A stretch of 64,000 nt of DNA from Alphaproteobacteria bacterium (GTDB lineage Bacteria; Pseudomonadota; Alphaproteobacteria; Bin95): the NCBI GenBank assembly GCA_963665325.3, contig OZ224045.1, forward strand, positions 832,001-896,000, written 5' to 3'. Under the pieces are notes generated by a model that saw only the letters and a list, made by a program, of their open reading frames with translations, searched no databases and was not told the DNA's origin. This document shows, piece by piece, positions 53,870 through 63,589 of this stretch. The stretch's first letter is position 1; each line of letters starts with the position of its first letter. A program made the position numbers and the translations under genes.

Positions 53870-54470
53870 CCGGGCGGAATTGCCGGCTTGCGGGGCTTTC
53901 GGGCCAGGCGACGAGGCCGCCGTCTGCGACGCGCTCGTGCCCGTACACGAGCCAGGGATCGTCCACCGTGCCGATGACGGCATCGACGCGGAACCTTCCG
54001 GGGTGCCGTTCGGCAAGCTCAAGGGCGGTGAGGCCGCTGTCCCAGGCGCCGTCGAGCAGGCCCTCGGCAACCCGCATAATCGAGCTTGCAGGCACATGCT
54101 CCGGCAAGGCGGAGATATCGGCATAGCCGCTTGTGGCCGGTTGCAGGGCGAGCGTCCTCGGCCGGGCAATTTCGGCGCGCGTGAGGATGCCCAATTCCCT
54201 GCTCGGCGAAATGAAGCAATCGACGATATGGATGCCGTGGTCGAAATGCGCCCTGGATACGATTTCAGCGCAGTCGGGGTGGACGGCGACCTGGACCATG
54301 AAATCGGCCTCGCCGCCGGCCATCGCCGCCAGGCCGTCGAAGAAATCGTCGATCAGGAGGACCTGCGCGTCATCGAGGCCGTGGAACGCCAGATAGTTGC
54401 GGGTGACGAGATCGTGGTTGGTCCCGGCCGGCCCGAGTGTGACGAAGCGCGGGCTGCTTCTGCGGCCCAT
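53859..54470 (-). CDS. Stand-alone prephenate dehydratase-fold protein (BacA/AerD-like)
   Basis: TLGPAGTNH N-terminal motif, about 200 aa, no ACT domain, D.GLT and W.VYG near the C-terminus. Confidence 0.5.
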   Translation of the reverse strand: MGRRSSPRFVTLGPAGTNHDLVTRNYLAFHGLDDAQVLLIDDFFDGLAAMAGGEADFMVQVAVHPDCAEIVSRAHFDHGIHIVDCFISPSRELGILTRAEIARPRTLALQPATSGYADISALPEHVPASSIMRVAEGLLDGAWDSGLTALELAERHPGRFRVDAVIGTVDDPWLVYGHERVADGGLVAWPESPASRQFRPAKG

Positions 54471-54474
54471 CGTG

Positions 54475-55383
54475 CTACGTCCTGCTGAGGGTCGCCGCGC
54501 CCGCAGCGGCCGAGTGGCGCCGGGGGCCGAAGAGGGCGGCCGCGGCCACGACCGCGCCCGAGACGGCGGCGATGCAGCCGGCGGCGTTCAGCGACCAGGA
54601 CGCGCCGAACAGTGCCGGGGCGAAGCCGGCGAGACCGTAGCCGGCAACGGCCGAACCGATGCCCAGCGCCATGCTCAGCAGGATCTGGGTGCGGTAGTCG
54701 TCGGTCATCAGGCGCGCGGCTGCGGGCGGGCAGATCAGCATGGCGATCACCAGGATCGAGCCGACGGCCTCGAAGGAGGCGATGGACGCCGCCGCCACGA
54801 ACAGCACCACGCCCAGATGGACGAGGCCGGGGCGGAAGCCGAGCGCGGCGGCGAAAGCGGGATCGAACACGGCGAGCCTGATCTCCTTCGCCAGCAGCAG
54901 CACTGCCGCGGCCGCCACGGCGAAGACGCCGGCGAGCGTCCAGACCTCGCGCGGCAGCGCCCCTATGTCCGGCGCGTCGAGCCAGAGGATGTCTTCCAGC
55001 TGGCCGTAGAGCACGCAGTCGGCGTCGATATGCAGGTTTCGCCCGGCGGCCTGCTCCAGCATGAACACGCCGGCTGCGAACATGACCGTGAAGACCGCGC
55101 CCATCGCGGCGCCCGGCTCGATGCGCCCGAGGCGGCGAACGAGCTGGATCGCGCCTGCAGCGACCAGCGCGGCGGCAAGCGCCCCCGCCAGCATCGCCGG
55201 AGACGCAAGCGCGCCGGCCAGCAGGAAACCACCGACGATGCCCGGCAGCACGGCATGGGCGATGGCGTCGCCGAGCAGGCTTTCGCGCCTGAGCACAAGG
55301 AAATTGCCTAGCAGCGCGCACAGGCCGGAGGCGAGGCCGGCCGCCAGCAAGGCCGGGAAATCGACTTGCCAGAAGAGACTCAC
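54475..55383 (-). CDS. Mn/Zn/Fe ABC transporter permease (TroD-like)
   Basis: LVLRRESLLGDAIAHAVLPG, FDPAFA, VGSILVIAMLICPPAAA. Confidence 0.92.
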   Translation of the reverse strand: MSLFWQVDFPALLAAGLASGLCALLGNFLVLRRESLLGDAIAHAVLPGIVGGFLLAGALASPAMLAGALAAALVAAGAIQLVRRLGRIEPGAAMGAVFTVMFAAGVFMLEQAAGRNLHIDADCVLYGQLEDILWLDAPDIGALPREVWTLAGVFAVAAAAVLLLAKEIRLAVFDPAFAAALGFRPGLVHLGVVLFVAAASIASFEAVGSILVIAMLICPPAAARLMTDDYRTQILLSMALGIGSAVAGYGLAGFAPALFGASWSLNAAGCIAAVSGAVVAAAALFGPRRHSAAAGAATLSRT

Positions 55384-56528
55384 CGGTTCCGTCTCCCCAA
55401 TTGCGCGAGCGCTTCGGGCGGTAGCGGGTCGATACCCCAGGCGAGGCCTGCGGGCAGTGCGTCCGGCGATTCGGCAAGGCACCGGTCCCAGAGTTCGAGC
55501 CGGGCGACCGCCGCCGCGCCCCTCGCCGTGGGCCGGCCGCCGCGCCGCCAGCCGACGAGCGCCGCGCCGGGATAGCCGCGCCCGGCCTGCAAGGCCCTCG
55601 CGGCCCGCAACCGCCAGCCTGCCGCGCCGCGCCGGAAGGTTTCCGCAAAGACGCCGCGCCGGGGCGCCGCCAGCAGGCTCGCCGCGAACACGGCGCCCAG
55701 CGCCAGCACGATGGAGGCGCCGGTCGGCGCGCGCGGCCAGACCGCCGAGGCAGCCGCGCCCAGGAATGCGCCGCCCGCCCCGAAGGCGACCGACAGCCAG
55801 AAAATGCCCCTGAGCCGCTCGGACCAGAACCGCGCCGCGACCGCCGGCAGGATCAGGAGCGCCACCACCAGGACAAGTCCCACCGTCTGGAGGCCGAGCA
55901 CGGTGACCAGCACGCCGAGCCCGAGCAGCGCCGCATCCAGCCTTGCGACCGGCCAGCCACGGGCGCGGGCGTGGTCCTCGTCGAAACACAAGAGGCCGAA
56001 CGGGCGGAAGAGCGCCAGCAACACTGCGAGCGCTGCCAGCGCCGCGATGCCGAGCCCCACCGCTTCGGACGCCGAAAGCGCCGCAGCCTGCCCCAGGATA
56101 AAGCTCTCGAGGCCGCCCTGGCTGCCCTGCGGCAGGGTCTGGACCCAGGACAGCAGCACGATGCCGATGGCGTAGGAGACGCTGAGCGTAATGGCGATGG
56201 CGGCGTCGGGGGCGAGGCGGGTGCTGCGGGTCAGCGCCTCCGCCGCCGCCATGCCGAGCATGCCGGTGGCCGCCGCCCCGGCGAGCAGCACGGGGAGCGA
56301 ACGCCCTTCGGCGCCCAGAAGGCCGGCGGCGACGAAGGCCAGAACGATGCCCGGAAGAGTGGCGTGCCCCACGGCATCGGCCGCCATCGCCCGCGCGCGC
56401 AGGAAAAGGAAGGCGCCGACTCCGCCGGCCGCGGCGCCCAGCGCCGCCGCGCCGGCCATGACCACGCCCGTATTGTAGCCCGCCCGGAAGGTCAGGACCT
56501 CGAGCGGCCCGACTTCCGCGCCGGTCAT
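55380..56528 (-). CDS. Mn/Zn/Fe ABC transporter permease (TroC-like, with degenerate DtxR-like tail)
   Basis: DAVGHATLPG, FDEDHA, VGLVLVVALLILPAVAARFW. Confidence 0.92.
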   Translation of the reverse strand: MTGAEVGPLEVLTFRAGYNTGVVMAGAAALGAAAGGVGAFLFLRARAMAADAVGHATLPGIVLAFVAAGLLGAEGRSLPVLLAGAAATGMLGMAAAEALTRSTRLAPDAAIAITLSVSYAIGIVLLSWVQTLPQGSQGGLESFILGQAAALSASEAVGLGIAALAALAVLLALFRPFGLLCFDEDHARARGWPVARLDAALLGLGVLVTVLGLQTVGLVLVVALLILPAVAARFWSERLRGIFWLSVAFGAGGAFLGAAASAVWPRAPTGASIVLALGAVFAASLLAAPRRGVFAETFRRGAAGWRLRAARALQAGRGYPGAALVGWRRGGRPTARGAAAVARLELWDRCLAESPDALPAGLAWGIDPLPPEALAQLGRRNR

Positions 56529-57283
56529 TCCGCCGCCAGCGCGCGCGGCTTCAGTCCCGAAGCGTCATAGGCGCGCCGGAGCGTGTCTTCGGCCAGCGCC
56601 TCGGCGGGGGGGCCGCTGGCCATGACGACGGCGTTCAGCACGGTCGCATGGTCGAAATAGGCGGCGACGGTGCGCAAATCGTGGTGGATGCAGACGATAT
56701 GCCGGCCCTCGCCTTCGAGTTCGCCCAGCACATCGAGGATGGCGGCTTCCGAGGCGGTGTCGATGCCGGAGAACGGCTCGTCCAGCAGCAGCAGTTCGGC
56801 CTCCTGCGCGAGCGCGCGGGCCAGGAAGACGCGCTGCTGCTGGCCGCCGGACAGCCGCCCGATCTGGCGATGGCGGTAGTCGCCGAGCCCGACCCGGTCG
56901 AGCGCTGCATCCGCGGCGTTCACCTCGCGCCGGCGGAGGCGGCGGAACCATCCGACCCGGCCGTAAAGCCCCATGGCGGCCACATCGCGGGCGGACACCG
57001 GGAAGTCCCAATCGACGCTGCTGCGCTGCGGCATATAGGCGATGCGCCGGCGGACCCGCGCAACCGGCTCGCCCAGCAGCCGCACCTGGCCCGTCAGCAC
57101 GGGCGCCAGGCCGAGCGCCGCCTTGAAGAGGGTGGACTTGCCCGCGCCGTTCGGCCCCACCACTGCCGCCAGGCCCTGTGTCGGCAACCGGAGATCGACA
57201 TTCCAGAGCACGGGCCGCCCGCCCCAGGCAACCGTGAGCCCGTTGGCCTCGAAGGGCGAGACGGCCGGGGCGTCAGCGGTCAT
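56525..57283 (-). CDS. Mn/Zn/Fe ABC transporter ATPase (TroB-like)
   Basis: GPNGAGKST, VDWDFP, LSGGQQQR, LLLDEP, HHDL. Confidence 0.95.
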   Translation of the reverse strand: MTADAPAVSPFEANGLTVAWGGRPVLWNVDLRLPTQGLAAVVGPNGAGKSTLFKAALGLAPVLTGQVRLLGEPVARVRRRIAYMPQRSSVDWDFPVSARDVAAMGLYGRVGWFRRLRRREVNAADAALDRVGLGDYRHRQIGRLSGGQQQRVFLARALAQEAELLLLDEPFSGIDTASEAAILDVLGELEGEGRHIVCIHHDLRTVAAYFDHATVLNAVVMASGPPAEALAEDTLRRAYDASGLKPRALAAE

Positions 57284-58184
57284 GGGCTGCAAGCTTTCCC
57301 AGCATCCCGCGCGCTGGCGCCCGGCCGCCGAGCGCGCGCGCGATGGTGGTGACATTGTGGTCGATCATGCCGACATAGGTCCCTTCGTAGGTGCCCGCCG
57401 GCCCCATCGCGTCCGAGAACAGCCGGCCGCCAACTGCCACCCGGTGCCCGCGCGCCGCCGCACCCTCGACAATGGCGCGGACATTGCGGTCGGAGACGGT
57501 CGATTCGACGAAGACCGCCGGAAGCCTGCGTGTGACGACTGTTTCGACCGCTGCTTCGATAGCCCGGAGGCCGGCTTCGGACTCGGTGTTGACCCCCTGG
57601 ATGCCGACTACTTCAAGTCCGTAGCGGCGGCCGAAATAGGCAAAGGCATCGTGCGCGGTTACGAGCACACGCGCCTCGGGCGGAATGCTCCCGATAGAGG
57701 CGCGCGCATAGGCGTCGAGGCGCGCGAAGCCCTCCGGCGCCGGCAGGCCGAGCCGGTTCGCAGCATTAGCCAGCGCCTCGGCCCAGAGTGCGGGGTCCAT
57801 CCAGAGGTGCGGGTCGGCTGCGCCCGCATAGCCGGAAGCGACCGACAGGCGTTCGGCCTCGGGCACTGCCTCGCAAACGGCAGTGGCGGGCTTGCCGGAC
57901 GCGGCCAGGCGCTCGAAAGCATCCAGCATCTTCCCTTCGAGGCCGAGGCCGCAATAGAGGATATGCGGGGCGCCGATCAGCCGGGCGATATCGGTGCGCG
58001 TCAGCTTGTAGAGATGCGGGTCCACGCCGGATCCCATCAGGCTCTCCACGCCCAGCGGCTCCGCAATCATGGCGATCGTGGCGACCGGCCCTCGGTCGAT
58101 GGCCGCAGAAACGGGCGGCGCGGCAAGGACCGGCAGGGCGAGGAGAAGGGCCATAAGCCTTCGCATAGCAGCGCTAATTGGCAT
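57273..58184 (-). CDS. Mn/Zn/Fe ABC substrate-binding protein (TroA-like; start may be 58166)
   Basis: Signal peptide, GVDPHLY, DPHLWMD, TAHDAFAYF, LFSDAMG. Confidence 0.93.
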   Translation of the reverse strand: MPISAAMRRLMALLLALPVLAAPPVSAAIDRGPVATIAMIAEPLGVESLMGSGVDPHLYKLTRTDIARLIGAPHILYCGLGLEGKMLDAFERLAASGKPATAVCEAVPEAERLSVASGYAGAADPHLWMDPALWAEALANAANRLGLPAPEGFARLDAYARASIGSIPPEARVLVTAHDAFAYFGRRYGLEVVGIQGVNTESEAGLRAIEAAVETVVTRRLPAVFVESTVSDRNVRAIVEGAAARGHRVAVGGRLFSDAMGPAGTYEGTYVGMIDHNVTTIARALGGRAPARGMLGKLAAHDR

Positions 58185-58241
58185 GGATAAGCCCCGGCGG
58201 CAATCTCCCGCCCCGACATAAAGGTGAATGTAAGGCAGAAA

Positions 58242-58261
58242 AATAAAGCCTCGGCTGTATT
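58242..58261. promoter_or_regulatory. Candidate MntR/DtxR-type operator
   Basis: Imperfect palindrome AATAaAGCC-tc-GGCTgTATT upstream of the metal ABC operon. Confidence 0.5.
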
Positions 58262-58320
58262 CTTGCGTTCATCGGCGGCGAAGGGCATGGTGCGCCCCGC
58301 CCGAGATAGAGAGAAACCCG

Positions 58321-59331
58321 ATGACCGAGAACCGCCAGATCGTCCTGAAGAGCCGGCCCGTCGGCCTGCCGACGCCGGAGAATTTCGCACTTGAGAGCGC
58401 GGCCATGCCGGTCGCCGGCGATGGCGAGATGCTCGTCCGCACGCTCTGGATGTCCGTGGACCCGTATATCCGCGGTCGGATCAGCGACCGGAAGAGCTAT
58501 GCGCCGCCCTTCCAGATCGGGGAGCCGCTGGACGGCTATTTCGTCGGGCGCGTGGAAGAGTCGAAGGGCGGGCGCTTTCCGGCCGGGACGCATGTGTTCG
58601 GCACCGGCGGCGGCTGGCGCGACTACCACGCCGCGGACGGCAAGGCGCTCCGGACCGTCGATCCGGACATCGCTCCGCTCCAGGCCAATATCGGCGTGCT
58701 CGGGATGCCTGGCCAGACCGCTTATGTCGGTCTGCTCGACATCGGCCAGCCGAAGGCGGGGGAAACCGTGTTCGTCTCCGCGGCCTCGGGCGCGGTCGGT
58801 GCGGTCGTCTGCCAGATCGCGAAGCTGAAGGGCTGCCGGGTCGTCGGCTCGGCCGGCTCGGACGAGAAATGCGCCTGGCTTCGCGACGAGGCCGGGGTGG
58901 ATGCGGCGATCAATTACAAGACCTGCGGGGACCTGGAGGCCGCGGTCGCGGCGGCGTGCCCGGACGGCATCGACGTCTATTTCGAGAATGTCGGCGGCGA
59001 GCATCTCCAGGCCGCGCTCTCGCAGATGAACTTCTTCGGCCGCATCGTCGCCTGCGGCATGATCGCGGGCTACAACGACAGCAAGCCGAGGCCGGGCCCG
59101 AACAATCTGTTCCTCGTCGTCGGGCGGCGCATCCGCATGCAGGGCTTCATCGTCTCCGACCACCGCGAGCGCAGCGACGCCTTCATCGAGGATGTCGGCG
59201 GCTGGATCCGCGACGGCAGGCTGCGCTGGCGCGAGACGGTGGTGGAAGGCCTCGAAGCCGCCCCGGGCGCCTTCATCGGCCTCTTCCACGGCGACAATTT
59301 CGGCAAGATGTGCGTGAAGGTGGCGGAGTAG
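58321..59331 (+). CDS. NADP-dependent oxidoreductase (CurA/PTGR1-like MDR)
   Basis: SVDPYIRG, GMPGQTAY, VSAASGAVG, YFENVGG, GDNFGK. Confidence 0.92.
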   Translation: MTENRQIVLKSRPVGLPTPENFALESAAMPVAGDGEMLVRTLWMSVDPYIRGRISDRKSYAPPFQIGEPLDGYFVGRVEESKGGRFPAGTHVFGTGGGWRDYHAADGKALRTVDPDIAPLQANIGVLGMPGQTAYVGLLDIGQPKAGETVFVSAASGAVGAVVCQIAKLKGCRVVGSAGSDEKCAWLRDEAGVDAAINYKTCGDLEAAVAAACPDGIDVYFENVGGEHLQAALSQMNFFGRIVACGMIAGYNDSKPRPGPNNLFLVVGRRIRMQGFIVSDHRERSDAFIEDVGGWIRDGRLRWRETVVEGLEAAPGAFIGLFHGDNFGKMCVKVAE

Positions 59332-59343
59332 GCCGGGCCGGCG

Positions 59344-60138
59344 ATGCAGGACCGTTACGCGGGCGATGTCGGGGACTTCGGTAAATTCGGCCTTCTCCGT
59401 GCTCTTTGCGGGACGGATTTCCGACTCGGCGTGCTTTGGTATCGCAATGACCGCGATCCGCCGGGCGAGGATGGAAGACACATCGGCTATCTGGACAAGA
59501 TCGAGGAGTACGGGAATTGCGACGCCCCGCTCTTCGAGCTCATGCGGAAGGTAGTGGGCGAAAAGCGTTCGATAGACATAATCGAGTCCATCGGCGTACT
59601 CCCCGAGACTACCGAGTACCATTCGACGAGGTTCGAGGAAACCGGGCGCCGGAATTCCTGGATCGCGGACGGCCTGAAGAAAGTGGCCGGATGCGATCTG
59701 GTGTTCGCGGACCCCGACAACGGCCTCGAAGTAGGCAGCGTACTCTCCGATGACCCGGAAGCCGTCAAATATGCCTTCTATGCCGATCTCGTTCCCGTCT
59801 GGAAACGCGGGCAGAGTCTGATCGTATATCAACACGGGAACAGAAATAAGCTTGTCGAGCGGCAAATCGAGGAGCGCCTCAGGGCCTTGCGCAAGAGATT
59901 CTGCAACCCGCCGCCTTGCTTCATCGCCCTTCGGTATCGCCGCGGCACGGCCAGAATGTTCTTTATACTGGCGCAGCCGAAGCACAGGGACCGTATCGCG
60001 AACCGGTGCCGCAACTTCATGGCGTCCCCCTGGGGCAGGAAAGGACATTTCACCTGGCCGGACGCTATGCGCGGAACGGCAATCGAAACATGCGCTGCGA
60101 GCGGACAGGATAGGGCGCGGCAGGGAGGCACGGTATGA
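59344..60138 (+). CDS. Hypothetical protein with methyltransferase-like motifs (RlmJ-like)
   Basis: MQDRYAGDVGDFGKFGLLR, DLVFADPDNG, SLIVYQH; codon usage differs from neighbouring genes. Confidence 0.65.
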   Translation: MQDRYAGDVGDFGKFGLLRALCGTDFRLGVLWYRNDRDPPGEDGRHIGYLDKIEEYGNCDAPLFELMRKVVGEKRSIDIIESIGVLPETTEYHSTRFEETGRRNSWIADGLKKVAGCDLVFADPDNGLEVGSVLSDDPEAVKYAFYADLVPVWKRGQSLIVYQHGNRNKLVERQIEERLRALRKRFCNPPPCFIALRYRRGTARMFFILAQPKHRDRIANRCRNFMASPWGRKGHFTWPDAMRGTAIETCAASGQDRARQGGTV

Positions 60139-60373
60139 ACAGGCGGTTGACCGCGATTGTCGAACGGCGGGATGGCAACGGTTATGTTGCCCTGTGCGCG
60201 GACGCGGATATCGCCAGCTAGGGAATACCGTGCCCGAGGCGCGGGACGCTCCGGCGGAAGCCCTGACCCTGTTCTTCCAAACCGCCGACGCCGGGAAAAT
60301 CCGGCGTGCCCCGCCCGGAATTCGAGTGGCGACCGGGGAGGCGGCCGTGCAGGATGCGGGCGAAGTATGGTAA
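60135..60373 (+). pseudogene. HicB-family antitoxin pseudogene
   Basis: MNRRLTAIVERRDGNGYVALCADADIAS* then, one frame over, GNTVPEAR..EALTLFFQTA; the canonical ASQG is broken by a TAG and a 1-nt loss. Confidence 0.75.
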
Positions 60374-60412
60374 GGAATGCAATACGGCGCAGACGAAAGA
60401 GGTAGCGAAGCG

Positions 60413-60637
60413 ATGCTTGCAGTCAGGTTGCCGGCCGATGTGGAAGCGCGACTCGATTCGTTGGCGAAGGCAACGGGTCGAACCAAGTCCTTTTATGCCC
60501 GTCAGGCGATCTTGCAGCATCTGGACGACCTTGAAGACCTTTATATCGCCGAACAACGGCTGCGCGACTATCGCGACGGCAAGGAAGACACGGTGCCGCT
60601 GGATGAGGTGATGCGGCGCCATGGTATGGCAGATTGA
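60413..60637 (+). CDS. RelB-like ribbon-helix-helix antitoxin
   Basis: MLAVRLP..EARLDSLAKATGRTKSFYARQAI..DLEDLYIAE. Confidence 0.9.
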   Translation: MLAVRLPADVEARLDSLAKATGRTKSFYARQAILQHLDDLEDLYIAEQRLRDYRDGKEDTVPLDEVMRRHGMAD

Positions 60638-60896
60638 GTTTCTCAGGTCTGCCGAACGCGATCTGAACAGGCTGGATCGACCTGTCAGGCGACGCATTCT
60701 CTCTTTCCTGCATGGCCGCCTCGGGGCGACGGACAATCCGCGAAGCTTAGGCGCAGCGCTCAGGGGCTCCGAGATGGGGGAGCTTTGGCGCTACCGCGTG
60801 GGCGATTGGCGCATAGTCGCCCAGATTGAGGACAACACCATGCGGATTCTTGTCGTGCGGATCGACCATCGTCGAGACGTCTATCGTTTGCTCTGA
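60621..60896 (+). CDS. RelE/StbE-family toxin
   Basis: NPRSLG.AL.G, LWRYRVGDWRI, IDHRRDVYR. Confidence 0.92.
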   Translation: MVWQIEFLRSAERDLNRLDRPVRRRILSFLHGRLGATDNPRSLGAALRGSEMGELWRYRVGDWRIVAQIEDNTMRILVVRIDHRRDVYRLL

Positions 60897-60953
60897 GACT
60901 TTCTTCGACAGCATCCCGTCCCGCTGCTACCGTTTGCGGGGAGGACCGAAGCG

Positions 60954-61982
60954 TTGAAAACCGTCTATACCCCGGCGCATGAGCGCCATCGGCCGCCGAC
61001 CATCCTGACGCGCGGCGTGGAAGTTCCGCATTGGGAAGTGGCCGAGCGGGCGGAGCGGCTGCTGGCGGCTGCCGCGGCGGCCGGGCATGAGGTCGTCGAA
61101 CCGGCGGACTACGGGCGCGCGCCGCGGGCCGCTGTCCACGACCCGGGCTATCTCGCCTTCCTGGAGAATGCGTGGATCCGCTGGCAGAAGCTCCCCGATC
61201 CGACGCCGGCAGTGCAGCCCTACGCCCATCCGGGCCGCCACATGCACGGGCAGCCGAGCGGCATCGAGGGCCAGGCGGGCTACTACATGGCGACCGGCAG
61301 CGCGCCCATTGTCGAAGGCACCTGGGAGGCCGCGATCGCCGCCGCCCATGCCGCGACCCATGCCGCGCGCCTGGTGCTGGACGGCGAGGACGCCGCCTAC
61401 GCGCTCTGCCGTCCGCCCGGCCACCACGCCTTCTCCGACCTTGGCGGCGGCTTCTGCTACCTGAACAACATCGCCATTGCCGCCGAATATATGCGCCGCG
61501 AACGGGGCCGCGTCGCGGTGCTCGATTTCGACGTGCATCACGGCAACGGCACGCAGGGCATCTTCTGGCGCCGGCGCGATGTGCTGTTCGTTTCGCTGCA
61601 TGGCGATCCGGCCGACTACTTCCCCTTCTTCGCCGGCTATGCGAACGAGATCGGCGGGGGCGACGGGCGCGGCTACAACCTCAACCTGCCGCAGCCGCCG
61701 GGCACGGGCGACGCCGCCTTCCTCGATGCGCTGGGCACCGCGCTGGAGGCGGTCCGGCATTTCGCGCCGGAGGCCCTGCTCGTCTCCGTCGGTTTCGATG
61801 CCTTCGAGGCCGATCCCATCGGCGTGCTGAAGATCACGACGCCCGGCTTCGGCGAGATCGGCCGGCGGATCGGCGGGCTCGGCCTGCCGACCGTGCTGGT
61901 GCAGGAGGGCGGCTACAATATCGAGGCGCTCGGCGCCAACCTCTCCGCCTTCCTCGGCGGGTTCACGGGCGGGCGCGGGTGA
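60954..61982 (+). CDS. Histone deacetylase family protein (acetylpolyamine amidohydrolase-like)
   Basis: RPPGHHA, GGFCYLNN, DFDVHHGNGTQ, QEGGY. Confidence 0.92.
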   Translation: MKTVYTPAHERHRPPTILTRGVEVPHWEVAERAERLLAAAAAAGHEVVEPADYGRAPRAAVHDPGYLAFLENAWIRWQKLPDPTPAVQPYAHPGRHMHGQPSGIEGQAGYYMATGSAPIVEGTWEAAIAAAHAATHAARLVLDGEDAAYALCRPPGHHAFSDLGGGFCYLNNIAIAAEYMRRERGRVAVLDFDVHHGNGTQGIFWRRRDVLFVSLHGDPADYFPFFAGYANEIGGGDGRGYNLNLPQPPGTGDAAFLDALGTALEAVRHFAPEALLVSVGFDAFEADPIGVLKITTPGFGEIGRRIGGLGLPTVLVQEGGYNIEALGANLSAFLGGFTGGRG

Positions 61983-62004
61983 AGGGCGGGGCCCGCCGCC
62001 GGCC

Positions 62005-63558
62005 TTGACCGACGAGAGCGTCGAGACCCTCTACGCCCGGTTCGGGCCCGCTTACCGGTGGCTCGCGACCTTCACCGGCATGACGGCCTCCTTCACCATG
62101 GTGCTGACCGGCACGGTGGTGGCGGTCGCGGTGCCCGACGTGATGGGCGCCTACGGCGTCGGGCAGGACCGGGCGCAGCTGCTGACCACGGGCTTCATCG
62201 TCGCCATGACGGCGAGCCAGCTGCTGAACGCCTGGTTCGTCGCGCGCTTCGGCCAGCGGCACACCTTCCTCATCGTCATCGCGCTGTTCTTCGCCGGCGG
62301 GCTGATGGCCGCGCTCGGGCCGACGCTCGACTTCATCATCGTCGGGCGGGTGGTCCAGGGCTTCGCCTCGGGCGTGGTCCAGCCGCTGGTGATGGTCACC
62401 GTCTTCCAGGTGTTCCCCGCCAACCGGCGCGGCATGGCCATGGGCATCTACACGATGGCGCTGGCGATGGCGCTCGGCGTCGGGCCGGTCGTCGGCGGCG
62501 TCACCATCGACCTGCTCTCCTGGCGGCATATCTTCGTCATCACGCTGCCCTTCGTCGCCGTCTCCTTCTTCCTGGGCATGGTGTTTATGCCGCAGGTCCG
62601 CCCGCGCGGGCCCTTCCCGCGTTTCGACTGGTCGGGCTACGCGCTGCTCTGCGTGGCGCTGTTCTGCCTGATGTCCGTGCTCTCCACCGGGCTCCGGGTC
62701 GGCTGGACCTCGGACACGATCCTGTTCCAGACGGCGCTCGGCGCGGCCTGCGGGGTGCTGTTCCTGGTCTCGCAGATGCGCGTCGACGCCTCGCTGCTGG
62801 ACCTCTCGCTCTTGCGCAACAAGGCGTTCGCCTCGGCCGTGTGCATCGCGATCGTGTTCGGCGCCGGCAATTTCGCCACCAGCTACGCCATCCCCGTGTT
62901 CGGCCAGCTGGTGCAGAACCAGACGGCGACCGAAGCCGGCCTGCTGCTGCTGCCGGCGAGCCTGCTGGTCGTGGCGATGCTGCCGCTGACGGGCCGCGCG
63001 TCGGACATCGTGCCGACCTGGATCCCGGTCATGGGCGGGCTGCTCTGCTTCGCCGCCGGCGCGGCGCTGCTGTCCGTTGCGGACGCGAACACGCCCTACT
63101 GGTCGCTCGTCCTGTTCGCCGGCATCAGCCGCTTCGGCATGGCCTGGATCAACCCGGCGCTGATGACGGCCGCGCTCTCCGCCCTGCCGCAGGACCGGCT
63201 CAACCAGGCGGGCGGCGCGATCAACTTCTTCCGCCAGCTCGGCGGCGGCACCGGCACGGGGGTGATCGTGCTGGTGCTGGAATCGCGCATGCTGGTCTAT
63301 GCCGAGGCGCTGGCGGTGACGCAGACGCCCGATAACGCCGCCTCGCGCGATCTGCTCCAGGGCCTCGGCATGCTGCTGGACCGGGCCGGGCTGCCGGAGG
63401 CGGAGACGAGGCATGCGGCGCTCGACTGGCTGGGCCAGGCCGTCTATGCGCAGGCCACCGCCTTCAGCTTCCAGGACGGCTTCCTCGTGCTCGCCATGCT
63501 GTTCGTGCTGGCGCTCGTCCCGGCCTGGGCGCTCGCCCGCGTCAACCGCTTCCGGTAA
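62005..63558 (+). CDS. MFS transporter, DHA2 (EmrB/QacA) family
   Basis: About 14 TM segments, GRVVQG, GPVVGG, WRHIF, RFDWSG, RQLGG. Confidence 0.9.
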   Translation: MTDESVETLYARFGPAYRWLATFTGMTASFTMVLTGTVVAVAVPDVMGAYGVGQDRAQLLTTGFIVAMTASQLLNAWFVARFGQRHTFLIVIALFFAGGLMAALGPTLDFIIVGRVVQGFASGVVQPLVMVTVFQVFPANRRGMAMGIYTMALAMALGVGPVVGGVTIDLLSWRHIFVITLPFVAVSFFLGMVFMPQVRPRGPFPRFDWSGYALLCVALFCLMSVLSTGLRVGWTSDTILFQTALGAACGVLFLVSQMRVDASLLDLSLLRNKAFASAVCIAIVFGAGNFATSYAIPVFGQLVQNQTATEAGLLLLPASLLVVAMLPLTGRASDIVPTWIPVMGGLLCFAAGAALLSVADANTPYWSLVLFAGISRFGMAWINPALMTAALSALPQDRLNQAGGAINFFRQLGGGTGTGVIVLVLESRMLVYAEALAVTQTPDNAASRDLLQGLGMLLDRAGLPEAETRHAALDWLGQAVYAQATAFSFQDGFLVLAMLFVLALVPAWALARVNRFR

Positions 63559-63589
63559 AAGCGGAACTCCCGAAGACCGGGAGAGGGGC

